A DNA stretch of 64,000 nucleotides from Takakia lepidozioides (taxonomy: Eukaryota; Plantae; Bryophyta), in the NCBI GenBank assembly GCA_030704615.1, contig CM060732.1, forward strand, positions 79,174,001 to 79,238,000. Reading direction: 5' to 3'. Below are positions 51,064 to 63,183 of this stretch, in pieces. How positions within the stretch are numbered: the first letter of the stretch is position 1; each line of letters opens with the position of its first letter. The position numbers were made by a program, and so were the translations under genes. Under the pieces are notes generated by a model that saw only the letters and a program-made list of their open reading frames with translations, had not been told where the DNA came from and did not search any database.

Positions 51064-54000
51064 GTGCGGTGTTCTCCGAATTCCTACGCTATAGTTTGCT
51101 GTCCTCCGCAACTTGGGAGAGCCTGGATCCCAAACGAGGGAGGACTTTGCAGAGTGACTGAAACTTACCTTTGTTCCAAATTCAAGCTCAAACCGGGCAC
51201 AGTTTATTTGGAAGAAGAAAGGAAGGATGTTCCTGGACAGGTTGACGAGACCATTGTCGTGCTAGGTAACGACGGAGGTTGCGGAATCGAATGGCACGTT
51301 CCCCCGTCAGACACCATCCTGTACCGAGCTGTGGGAATGCCCATTCCCTTTCCGAATCAGTCGCTGCCCACACCATCCACAAAGGAGTCCGGAAACCGAG
51401 AGGCGGCCACTGCCAACAGAGAGGTATGCAACGATAATCATTCCCGACCTGGACCGTCAAGACCCTCCATAGCTTCTCGTGTGGACGTATTCGACATTTC
51501 CGACGAGGAAGATGATTGCATTGAGGTACCCATGTCCTCCACACGGTCGTTCAAATCCGGCATGGACGTCTCTGTAGGTGCTACGCATGTGCCCTCGAGC
51601 ATAACTCCAACCCGGTCCATTGTGCAGCTCCTACGACAACATCACCTCGATGGTTCTCGCTCCGAGCTGGCTGCTCTCGACTATGCCAAATTCCCAGTCA
51701 GAAAGGTAACGTTTCTGCCTCCCGAAGTCGATGGCAATGTCATCTTCGAGTTTCCACCTGTTTCTTCGTCAAAGAAAGCCTCCGGGATGTTGTTAACAGA
51801 CATGGATCGAAAGCATGACGGACACCCCTGGTGTGTGACGAAGACCAGTAGCACGAAAATTGCTGATGGTGTTCGTGTACGATATGTCCTCTGTGCGGGG
51901 AAGCTGAGGTGCCTCAATCCCACCTGCTTCCACTTTCTCTCCAAAGGAGGGCGGAGAAACGAGACGGATTGGACTGGCACAACGCATCATCCATTCATTG
52001 TCTCCAGCCAAGCTCCTGCGGGTTCTTTCAAGTGTGCACATTGCAAAGAACCACCGACGTGCATGTCCATGTGCAGAGCCAAGCAATATTACGTAATCCA
52101 TTTGCTCCCGGACTTGACTAGAGCTTGCATACACGTTGGGGTCCACTGCCACCCCTTGGCGAGAGGCAACATGCGTGAGGCTGTGCAGGAAGCACACGAC
52201 ATCATAAAAGAGGAGGTGAAATTGAGCCCCGGAGCCAGACCAAAGCAGATTCAGCTGAAGGCAGCCCACAAGATTGCTCTTGGCAAAATCATGTCTGAAG
52301 ATGGTTCCGACCGAGAGCCCTTGACCGAAGACGAGATGCGTGACCTCTTGGAGTCCGTCTCGCACGTTTGTAGTCCGAATGTGCGGAATCACATCGTATC
52401 TTGCAAGCAGGAGTTCGGCAGGGGGTCGGACATGTACTCAATCCTGGAGGTGAAACGAATGACTGGATATGACTACATCCAAGGTAGCAGGTTTCCAGGG
52501 CAAGGCAGCGAATCCGATCGTTGTTACATTTTCAAAATGTCGACGTGTGGGCCTGGGAGTGGAGTCGACTTGGTCACTCGCATGACAACTGGAAACTTGT
52601 CGAATGCTTGGGTGATGTTTGATCACATCAAGCGAATTACAAACCATCAGTGGGTGACTATGGGTGCGCATGTTTATGACTATCACTCCAAGAGGCTCAT
52701 GACGATTGCAATCTGCGAGATGAAAGGGGAGGACACACAGTCCGAGATGCATCTGTGGGAGGGCATAAACGAGCAGATGGCAAGGGCGGGATTGCCAGAG
52801 CCCAATTCAGGGGATTCATGGCAGACAACGCTCAGGCCAACTGGGCAGCGGTGCGGCGTGTGTACGGTGAGGACCCCAATGTTCCAATGGAGGGGAAAGA
52901 GAGATCCTGTGGATTCCATTGGATGCAGAGTCTATCCCACTACACTACCAAATTTGTTGCTAGCTCATTCCAGGCTGAACACCGTGTCCTTTGTACGGCG
53001 TGGAAGGATGCACCCACATTTGATGACGCGGAGGTTAAGTTTGCTATCATCGAGGCTTGGTGGAACACGTCAGGTGCAGTGGAGACAACCAATCTGGGAG
53101 CATTGCACAGCTGGTTGGGGTGGTGGCATTTTCGGTATCGACAGTTCGGACAGTACATGCGGGAGGTAGGCTGCTGTCAATTTCGTTCATTTGTCTTTCT
53201 GTTACGGACATTTCGATTGGTCCCTCACCTTGTTTGTGTCCTTCTAGGAGCGGTGCTTGGATTCCGACACGGACATGCCGAACACGAATATGGCAGAATC
53301 GGTCCACTCCTCCTGGCGAGCGTCTTCTGCCGCACATCTGGTGGACGTAGTGACGGCCACAACGGAGGACATCGACAGAGCAATCATGCAGCAAGCCACG
53401 TACTACAAGTTCCTGAGCGGCAAACAATGGGGCTTTGGGCCGGACAGGGAGGAATTGTTGGTACGAACAGCTTCGAGGTCCAAGAATCCAGTGAAATGGG
53501 CGACAGCATTGCGAGAGAAGATCAAAGGGACGCCTCTGCACCGCAGAGGTGAACACCTAGAGGGGGACGTCCGGACTCGCCCTGTCAGGCGGAGGATTGA
53601 AGAGGAACCCGGGTGCGAAGAGGATTCCTGGAGATCCGACAGGAACATTCGGACAGCACCTCGAGGTCCCGTCATGTTGCCGCACAATGTGTCTTCCAGC
53701 AGTGGAAGCCCAAGAAATTCCAGATCGCCGTCGCCTTCAACCGGGGATTTCGTGCAACAAATTCCCACCGCTCCCTTGCCCCACATTCCGCCCGCTGTTA
53801 TGCAGTATGGCCAAGCCATTGTGGAGACGACTGTGTCTGCCTCACAGTGGAGAATTGCTCGCACAAAGCCGTCGTTTCGAGGAAGGTGTTCCGCAATTCG
53901 TGTGGATACACGGCAACGTTGTTTAGAGATGATAAGGAGGAATCAGATGGGGCTGTCCCTGCTCCTACTTTTACAGGAAGATTTGTCCATGCAAAGTTTG

Positions 54001-54679
54001 CGGAGGCGACAACCACCCAGTTCTGGTTCTGCAGGCACGACATTATGACTTGCGTGTATGGAAAGCCCAAGTACGGCATACAAACAATGCCAGAGGCTCC
54101 CCCGGTGTGGCCGGTGGAACCAGGCTGCGATCTGAGTCAGGTTGAGGCCGACGCCCTTACCGCCGCAGGATTTCGGATGGTGCAGCGCACTGACGTCCCC
54201 AGACAACCATTTCCGCTTCCACAGCCTCCACCACCGACCCCTGTGAGAGAGCAAGAACAATGGGACACGACAGCTCTAAGCATCCTACACACCGTTGGGG
54301 GAAACCGAAGAGGCGGCGACCTCCCTCAAAAGTGAACGAGACAAGGATGGGGAATGCACTTCGGATGAACTGTACAATCCAGAGCTCGACAGAAGTGCCC
54401 CCACCAGGATTCGGGCGTGTGTATCAGATGGCCACGGCGGGCTCAGCTGTTCGCAATGAGGTGTACACCATCACCATTTCAGAATTACCCACCTGCAATT
54501 GCACCGACTTCCAGATCATGGCGAACAAGGGGGCATCATACTGCCCTTGCAAGCATTTGTACTACGTGTACCTAAAGAGACTCCGTTGTAATTCCACAAC
54601 TCATCACTTCATACATGCACCAGGGTTGAGCCCCCAGGAGGTTCACACTCTTCTGAATATGGATCCAGGGGACCAGTGA
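51064..54679 (+). CDS. MULE/MuDR-type transposase with C-terminal SWIM zinc finger (one intron; three apparent 1-bp frameshifts)
   Basis: WVMFDH (D1), FMADNAQANWAAVRRVYG (D2), SCGFHWMQS (CxxH), intron 53166-53247, PNTNMAESVH (E), SWIM CNCTDF...CPCKHL. Confidence 0.85.
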
Positions 54680-57272
54680 GCTTGGCTTGCGGTCCACATA
54701 CAATGGTACGCCCATCGGATAGTAGAACTGTACTGCTGCCAGTACCTCAGACTCTGGCCACACAAAGGTCCGACATATGTCTTGCCTACCAGTAACCTGT
54801 TTTGATCGAACTAAGATATTACTATATCGTTCACTTGTTTCCACGTGCATGTATTTTTGTATGTTGGAGGGTTCATGTTTTTCTGCTTTCCGAAAACTTG
54901 CTTCCTCATTCGACCTCCGACAAGGAAATGCGGCGCCGAATTTCCAAGTATCGTCGTAGGTACCCCCAGAGGCGGCCTTCGCCAACACCAAACCGCTCCG
55001 AAATTTCGCACGTGCGAACCCTAATGCGGCACCCTATTTCCCAGTTCAGTTGCAAACCTTTCCCGCCGAATACCCGAAGAAGACAGAATTGTGAAGTGAC
55101 TGTATTGGTGCAGACTCCATTGGTTCAATCGCGGCAAAAGGGTCAGCTTCATTCCAATGTTAAGGCATGTAAAACCGCGGAACTCTATACAGGCCAGTAT
55201 GCGACGTCCTTTTGCAGTGGTATACTGGATTTCCCGTTGCACGGTCACTTATTTCCATGAGCGGATCTAAAAACCATGAGCGGACTTGTTACTGACGACA
55301 TATCTTCCATTACATGATCTGAACGTCCAAAAACGGCAAGGTCAAATAAAAAACTATTTTTAATACTTGTTTAATCTGCCGCATTTCCAAATTTGGAGGA
55401 GTCCGCTCATGAAATCCGCGTATCTTAGACTTCGGCTCACCGCTCATGCGGCTCATGCGGCTCATGGCTCATGGCTCATGGTTTCTGCTCATGAAATAGT
55501 AAACCTCCATGCCATCCGGGCACCATCTCCTCATCCGTCTCACCATGCCACCGAGCTCCAGTGTCATCCTGCTGGCTCGTGCATGGATTGCGACTCAACC
55601 CATCTGCATTGCGATTGACCAAACCCGGTCGATGCACCACCTGAAAGTCATACTCTTGAAGGATGAGTGCCCACCGTGCAAGCTTCCCCGTAAGCTTGTC
55701 TGACTCCATCAACCACTTGAGTGGTTGGTGATCCGTGACAAGGTGAAGAGATTGCCGTATAGATAGCACCTGAAGTGTGCCACGGCCCACACTACAGCTA
55801 AGCATTCTCCCTCATATGAGCTATACTTAGACTCTGCAGCATTGTTCGAGCAGCTAGCATAAGCCACTACGAACTCTCTTCCCTCATCATCCACCTGTGT
55901 GAGCACCGCTCCAAGCCCCAGCATGCTCCAATCTGTATGCAGCTGAAAATGACGCCCCCTGATAGGACGTCTCAAGATGGGCGCCGAGGTCAACCTCGCC
56001 TTGAGCTCTTGAAAAGCTTGTTTTGCTCATCTTCCCACTGCCACTCCTGGTCCACCTTGGTAGCTTGGTTAGAGCCTTTGCAATGGCACTAAATCCCTTA
56101 ACAAAAATCTGAAATAGTTTGCTAACCCATGAAAGCTCGAACTCGGTTCACATCCGTGGGGCGTGGAACCTGTGCAATGGACTCTACCTTAGTCTGCTGT
56201 ACCCCCAATCCTCCAGGATATATCATATGACCCAGATACTCAATCTGGTTTTGGAAAAACTTGCACTTGCCCGGATGTAACTTCAATCCGTGCGTCCTCA
56301 AGCGCTCAAATACCCCCTGAAGGTGTCTCTCATGCTCCTCCACCGTAGCACTAAAGATGATGATGTCATCTATGTAGCACCGAGCAAACTCCACCCCTGC
56401 TAGAATCCTGTCCATGACTCTTTGAAACTCAGCGGGAGCGTTTTAAGCCCAAATGTAAGAACCGCCACTGGTATAGGCAATCATTCCCGTGCTCATTGAT
56501 CCCCCAGAATGCCGTCTTTTGCTTATCCGCCTCCTTGATCGACAACTGGTGATATCCGGATCGTAAATCCAACGTGCTAAAGACCTTGGAATGCCCAATG
56601 GCATCAAAGATCTCCTCTGGTGTTGGCATGGCATACCTATCGGACTTGGTCTGACGATTTACAGGCCGGTAATCACCGCACATACGTCTCTCCGTCCAAT
56701 TGCCATAGACATCCTTCTTAGCTGCATCACTGTGGCTGAAGCATACTCTCCACCAGAGAGCTCCACCAAACCTGCCTCCCAGAGATTGAGTCCTCATCTG
56801 AATCAAAGACCTCTCCATGTCACTGTATCTATAGGGTCTCCGAAAGATTGGCGTGTCAGTGGCCAACTCAATACGTATCTCTTGACCCTTCAGTGCTCCC
56901 AAGTCCTTCAAACTGAAGGCAAAGCAATTCCTGTAAGCCCTCAGGAACTCCCGTATACGTCGTCTCTCTCCTCCGGTGACAATGGGTCCAATGTCAGGCT
57001 CCCAATTGTCCTCCGTGACTGCAACCTTAAGTCCAGTGGGCTTAGAGGTAGAGGACGCGTCCCGTGGTTGCTATGCTGCAACCTCTTGAGCAGTACTCCC
57101 TTCCTGCTCAGTCAATGACAAGGCCTCATCCTGCCCCATCATCTCATCATTGAGAACCTCCTCAACCCGAGAAGAATCCCAACCTCATCCATCACAGCTG
57201 CTTTGGCTGCCAACTCCCTCTGAACCTCGAGCACCTCCCACGTGTGCCATGGATGTCTACACCCCGTGGTCC

Positions 57273-58330
57273 TCACCGGCTCGCCCCCACTCGTACCGTC
57301 TCGGTAGGCAGAGAGACCATCCAGGGAAGTGCGCTCCGCACTCTACGTTGCCTAGCCATAGCCAAGCTGATAATCCAGGTCAAGCAATTGAGATCCATTG
57401 CTTGCCCCAACACCTGCCGACGTGATGCCTCAGAAAGAGAAGGCACCGCCGTGGTCCCAGTGGAAAACCCCATAGCCCGCTCTGCTCGTCGGCATTAGGC
57501 TCCACTAACTGTTGCAACTAAGCATCCCACAAGAGGCCGAGGTCCACCATCCCGAAAAGCATGGGATCCTGGGAAGCTGAGCAGTGTAGGTAATGCTGCT
57601 CGTGGTTGACCCACCCTGTTGACCACTGCCAAAGGCGAACGGTCATCGTGTCTCACACGTTGAGACTGCCTTCCTGTGTCCAAAATGCCATCCACGGTGA
57701 GGTGTGCTGGGCGCTGCACCCCATCAAATGCACGCTTGAGCAGTGCGGGTGGCATCAAGTTAGTCCACCATAGTCGTGGACGATGAGCCCGTGACCCCAC
57801 TGCAGCTGCATCCAGCAATACTGCTGACCCAAGCCACGACCGGACTTGATGCACACTGGCCATCACCCTGGCCGAGAATCACCCATCAGCGGCACATTCT
57901 CCAAGATGTATGCGGAGATACAGCTTGATGAAGCTGCAAGTGCGCAAAATCCGCACCATCTCCCAAAACAGACCCGTCCTCGAGTCTCGCAATCCATTGC
58001 CATGCCCGGCTGATGAATGCCTTGGCAGGGCCAACCTGCCACTACCAGATCAATGGAGCCAACCCGCTCCAAATCCTGCGCCCCCCTGCAACGCAATGTC
58101 TGCTGGCAAGGCTGCTGATATCCACGAACTGCAGACACCGGCAACAACTCAGGGTACTGCTGGCATCTGAGCAACATGGCGCAGTGAGATGCGTCGTGCA
58201 GTCTCATCCCTCTCCACATACAGGTAACGTCGAACTCGTACACCTGCCTGCAGCACTGCAGCCAATCCAGTGCTGATCCCGCCAAATAAGTCCAGAAGGC
58301 ATATGCTTCATCCGGCCGCTGCCACACAAG
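57273..58330 (-). pseudogene. DNMT3-like C5 methyltransferase domain (copy 2), many 1-bp indels
   Basis: IDLVVAGWPCQG, YILENV, AHRPRLWWTN, MGFSTGTT...RRQVLGQAM. Confidence 0.88.
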
Positions 58331-61300
58331 AGGTGTGGTGTCCAATGGCGACAACTGAGGTTCCCTGGTGCAATCACCGCACTCTCCTCCTCTCCTGACG
58401 GTACAAAAGCTTCTACCCAAGCTTGTTGCACCCGTTATCAGCAGCTGCTGCAAATCCTTGCTCGTACCCCACAATGGAGTGTGAGCAACCATGGCAGGCA
58501 ACTCCACCGTACCATGCATGTCATCCTGCTCTGCTGGAGGTGGCACATCCTCTGCATGGGCATTGCCTTCCAGCAACTCTCCAGGCCAACTAACTGCAGC
58601 TGTAAAGGCAGCTAGTGTGTTGGTATTGCCCCACTGGGCAGCTGCAATACCCCCAATGAATGTCACAGGGAGCTGTGCACGGTGACCATCCCCTGACTGC
58701 CATCCAGGCCTGTAGAATGCTGACTCCTCCCAAAAGTCCAGGGTGAAGCCCATGGGGTATAACACTGCCCCACCAACGAGGACATCGTAACAGACCGCGT
58801 TTGTCACAATGGCCTTGGCTCGCATTACTGAGCCATCGATAGGATGATCCGGCTGCAGTCTAATGGCCAACTGATGTCGTGTCATGCCCCGAGCCTGCTC
58901 TGATCCTCCCAGAGATGTCTGTATCTGGAAAGGACAAGGCTCCATATCGCCTCCATGAGGCCCAAAACTGCAATAGCAGCTTTGCCCAACATCAGTGGCT
59001 GAGCTCCGAGTCCAACAAAACCCGAAGTGGCCGGTACTTCTTGCCTGCCGGTCCACTCAAAGAGAAAATGCCATCTGGTTGTCTAACAAGACAACTCCAG
59101 GTGTCACCATGGCGCGTTCAAAGGCTGGCCTAGCTGGCAGCTCCATCAACCTGGCAACTGCAGCTTGCCAAGGCGCAGCCGTGGCAGTCTTGACCCTCAA
59201 ATCCGAGGATCCTCTGCCACTACACCTTCCAGTAACTCCGCAGAAGATGAAGTGACCTCCCCACTCTCACAGAGTGTTGCTGCTAGTCTGAACATTGCAG
59301 CTGGTTCCCCCGGCGTCGCAATCATGGTTGCCGAGAATAGTGGGGCTTGACACACAGAGGTGGCTGCCCCAATAACACACCGGCTGTACTAGCCTTGGTA
59401 GCAGGTGTCAGTGCTGCACGTGTAGCTCTCCCCAATGCATAGTAACCTCCGCCTCGGTAACAGTCGGGCGAGAACTAGGTGCCATGGATGGCGTTGACAC
59501 TGTCTCCGCCAAGGTGAATGACTGAGGCAGCCTTGCCTGACGGCTTGCCTCCCCACGTTGTGGATCCAACTCCACCTCTGCACCTCGTGGCTCAGGAACT
59601 CGTGCTGCTCTCGAGTCACGGCTGCAGCAGACTCCACCTGCACTGGTGGTAGTGCTGCTCGCACACATAAATCCCATGCCTCCCATATCTCCTCCCTCAA
59701 GCGCAGGAGGTGGACCATCCCGCCTGGGAGCCGGTACCGCCTGAGCTGTAGCCATGGCAGCGAGCCTCTGCTCTAGCTGCTGAAGCCGGTTGGCCATGCC
59801 TTGGTCAACACCCTGACCTCCGCGTCCTTGGCCATGTTGGAGCTTGCCCTTGGCACCTCGTGCCCGACCACCTCGTCCTCTCTGGGCTGGTCCACCTCGC
59901 CCCCGGCCACCATTGTTCCCTTGGAACTGGCCTGGGCGCAACTCAGGATGCAAGTCATAACACTGGGCATCTCATGCCCATACTTGCCACAATGCCCACA
60001 CTGCAATGTGCAGGCTGTGCTTTTGCCGGCCTTCTGCCATTCTCTGGGCAATCTCTCTTGACATGGGGTCCTCCACATGTCCAACATATCACCCCTGGTT
60101 GCTGTTGGCCTGCAAAAGATGCCATGGGCCTCTGCACCTGAGGTCCCCTGTAAGCTCCATGGAACTTGGGTTGGGAAACCTTGCCCCCCTGACCACGCTG
60201 TTGGGCAGTCCCTTGTGCCTGTGGGCGCAGCTGCGCCTCGTGCAGGCATGTCCTTGCCAAATCCAATGGTAACAACTCGCTCCTCCACCATGTTGAGCTC
60301 AATCGCTCAGCGAGCAGAAACACATCTGCTAATGTGGGTTGGGCTGCTTGTAACAGGGTTGCATCCCGCACCCTTCTCCTGAGCTCCTTATCAAATGCCA
60401 TACCAGAACTGGATTGCCTGAGCTTCAGTAACCCCTGGGTCACACTTATCAAGCGCCTCATACGAGTGTACGCCTCTTGCATGCTCTCATTGGGTTTGCG
60501 CTGGAAGTCTTGCAAACTTCGCAGCTTCTCTGTCCGTACACCTTGGTAGTTCCTCCGCAACTCCTGGAAGAACCACCACCGGGTTGAATCTAGGCACATG
60601 TGTTGTAGTCGTGCAGGAGGAGTAGTAGTAGCACCTTTTGAACTGGTACCATCTGCAGAAGTACCGGCACTACTTGTTCCACTACTAGTGCTGGCAGTGG
60701 GAGATATTGGTACTGATGTAGCTACTGGTCACGTCGTGCCTCGAGTAATGGAGACGTAGTCAGGTGACCAATACATCCTCCACTCCTCAATCTCTGCTTC
60801 ATGTCCTCGCCTGAACTCGTGGTAATCGTCATAGGCGGGCCTTCCAAATGCTGGAACAGTCCCTTCTATGCCATGAATGGGTGAATAACTGTGGATTGCG
60901 CATCTGCTGCAAATCACACCAGCTGTCGAAGTCCTCGATAAAGTCATCCAACTCGATTGTGCCCACAGCTCCAGAGTACCTACGAGGCCCCTTGGTAGCT
61001 CCATACATCTCCTCCATGTCAACCCACAACAATGGCGAATGAAACTGCACACCTGTTGATGAAGCCTCCGAGTCTGTGTCTGACTCTACACTAGTTGAGG
61101 GTGGAGGTGAAGGTGGTCTGAAACGAACACCTCGTCTGGTGAACCCACTCTCACTGCTACTGCCTGTAGCCGTACTCCCCTAAGAACCCCTGGGTAACTC
61201 CGTGATGACACTCACAATGTGCACCTCCCCACGTGACACTATAAGGCTCTATTACTAATCTAATAGTGACACGGGTAGGCACCTGTTGCAATTTAAGGGT

Positions 61301-61777
61301 CATATCCCAGTGGCTCAGGGCACCTGCACCTGCATCCACCGCAAGAACTCATATGGTTGGCTGGTCATCAACCCAGTCTCACCACAGAAGAAACACTGGT
61401 GGTCTTGCTGGTCATCACTCCAGCCTCACCACCGACAGCATACTCTAGGATTGACCGGTGATCAAATCCGGCCTAATCCCTATGAAAGCAAGCGCCCACA
61501 CAAAACCAACATGGCGCACAGTCAAGCATGCAGGTGTTGGGGGGGATCCAAACACAAGAAATCAAAACATCAACACCCCCACACCAAAATCCAGCTGCAA
61601 TGCTGATCCTGCAGAATATCCCAGCCCAAAACCCCGGACTGACTGGCCTCCACCAAAGAGAGGCTTTGGCAACTACGAGTACAAGTAATGAAAATAGTAC
61701 AGAGATGGAGGGGAAGAATAGAAGCCCGCCCAAGCAAGATCTAATCCTGATCTATGCTATCAACTTCCAGACTTCTC

Positions 61778-62500
61778 TCAAAGTGCCTCGCTCTGCGTGA
61801 TGGTAGGTGTAGGAGGTATATCTATGTCCAGAAACTTGCCACTAACCTTGTCCCAAGCTACAGTAGCTCGCTCTAACCAACCCTCCTCCTTTTTCTGCCA
61901 GGTAGAGACAAAGCAACACTCTGCTATCTCCCGCTCACTGAACACTAAAGAAAACAAAGGTAGGGTCTGATAGTCTCTCAACTCGAAAGCTGTGAGACGG
62001 TTGTGGGTGTCCTCATTGCGAATGACTGCATCTCCTTCACGCACAACAAACATGTCATTGCTGATGAACCCCCGCTCGTGGTTGCCCTGTGCAGAGCGTA
62101 TCCGGCTGCAACCATGTCTGATTGCACAAACTTGTGTAGCTCCCGCTCCTCTGCTCCAGTACACCACGGCCTTGTGACTGAACACCTTGGTCCCCGGGGC
62201 TGTCTTTGGCTGTGTTCCAAGCCTAGCTTTCACCCACTTTGGTATTTCAACTACAGCTGCAGAACTGCTGGCTCCAACAGAGTTCTGACTGTCCAAGGCG
62301 ATATTGAGGCCCTCAATGCCAACTACAGCAGTCTGTTGTCTACTGCTAATGCCTGACTCCCAGTATGCAATCAAATCGTCCAACTGTTCTCCACTCAAAT
62401 CAGTCTGAGTTCCTTGGGAAACATAAATCATGTCCCCTTGTGTGCACAGACTAAGAGAAGAGACCTGCACTTCAATTACGTCCTCATTTCCCCCAGCCAT
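61778..62500 (-). CDS. Extra sense ORF (~250 aa, unknown function) upstream of gag
   Basis: ATG start MAGGNEDV...; the homologous broken frame at 25786-26534 is conserved. Confidence 0.55.
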   Translation of the reverse strand: MAGGNEDVIEVQVSSLSLCTQGDMIYVSQGTQTDLSGEQLDDLIAYWESGISSRQQTAVVGIEGLNIALDSQNSVGASSSAAVVEIPKWVKARLGTQPKTAPGTKVFSHKAVVYWSRGAGATQVCAIRHGCSRIRSAQGNHERGFISNDMFVVREGDAVIRNEDTHNRLTAFELRDYQTLPLFSLVFSEREIAECCFVSTWQKKEEGWLERATVAWDKVSGKFLDIDIPPTPTITQSEAL

Positions 62501-62757
62501 GCAAGGAGTACATCCACCAATTTGTCTCTCATATAGACCAGCACAGGTTCTAGAGACAGGATTGTGGATCTTTCATGACACACTCACACTCTAAAAATTC
62601 CATAGATTTTTAGCAGAGTCCCCAAAACAGAAACCATATCTATCTAGGTAGATATCCCCTTTCTGCAGCTATCCCCTCAAAAACTTGGTCAAACAGAGTC
62701 CATTTGACAAAGATATGATGAATTTGGCTCCAAATCATTCAAATTAGATTAAAAAGG

Positions 62758-62802
<45 letters not shown>

Positions 62803-62822
62803 CTGAAAGGTTTTCAAGGTTT

Positions 62823-62834
62823 ATCTCTCTCGAG
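62823..62834 (-). other. Non-tRNA primer-binding site (CTCGAGAGAGAT), complementary to the element's own LTR
   Basis: Directly follows the TATCA end of the 5' A repeat; it is the reverse complement of 63018-63029. Confidence 0.75.
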
Positions 62835-63183
62835 TGATAAGAAAGAACTAAACTCAAATAACAAGAGAAACACAAAACCAACACCATCACTCTTTAAAAT
62901 AGAAGTTGAGCCAAGGGCACCCCAAACTATGGGGACTCCACCCCACAACAACCTATCCTCCCATCATAAGCACACTCATCTTCTAAACGATGAAGGAGCT
63001 CGGTCGCGCAGGCTCAACTCGAGAGAGATGAGCTGCGCGACTGCCGCTCTCGTGAAGATAAGACGGTTCAGGTGTCAAACTAAACTTGACACCTGATTTA
63101 ACACTTGACCTAAATCCAAGTGTTAAATACAAATAACTAGCTTTATTCTAGTTGTTTTCACACTGTGCTTATTTAACTTGACA
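62835..63183 (-). repeat. 5' 'A' repeat of copy 2 (349 bp)
   Basis: About 3 transitions versus 38777-39125; minus-strand ends TGTCAAG...TATCA. Confidence 0.93.

Larger units (their letters stand above)
41037..55507. mobile_element. Mutator-like (MULE) DNA transposon, 14.47 kb, nested in the pol of copy 2
   Basis: 9-bp TSD CATGCCATC (41028-41036 and 55508-55516); short TIR core CTATTTCATGAGC; subterminal (CATGAGC)n and (GCTCATG)n heptamers. The Gypsy pol resumes exactly after the TSD. Confidence 0.92.
38691..63183 (-). mobile_element. Ty3/Gypsy DNMT-PHD element, copy 2: full length (~10 kb plus nested MULE), 4-bp TSD AAGT
   Basis: AAGT at 38687-38690 and 63184-63187. B 38691-38776, A 38777-39125, gc, B 39128-39213, PPT-like 39214-39223; IN-PHD 39473-41036; RH/RT 55517-57000; DNMT ~57350-58310; PR/gag ~58450-61210; 5' A 62835-63183. 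Confidence 0.93.

Noticed and set aside
41037-55507. Zisupton/KDZ assignment (SWIM finger, possible 8-bp TSD)
   Set aside because: The 9-bp TSD gives symmetric TIR lengths, and the D...D-CxxH...E core is MULE-like.
38691-63183. Classification as a DIRS/Ngaro/PAT element because of the split repeats
   Set aside because: It encodes an aspartic protease and a DDE integrase, has TG..CA ends and a 4-bp TSD, and has no tyrosine recombinase inside the complete copy.
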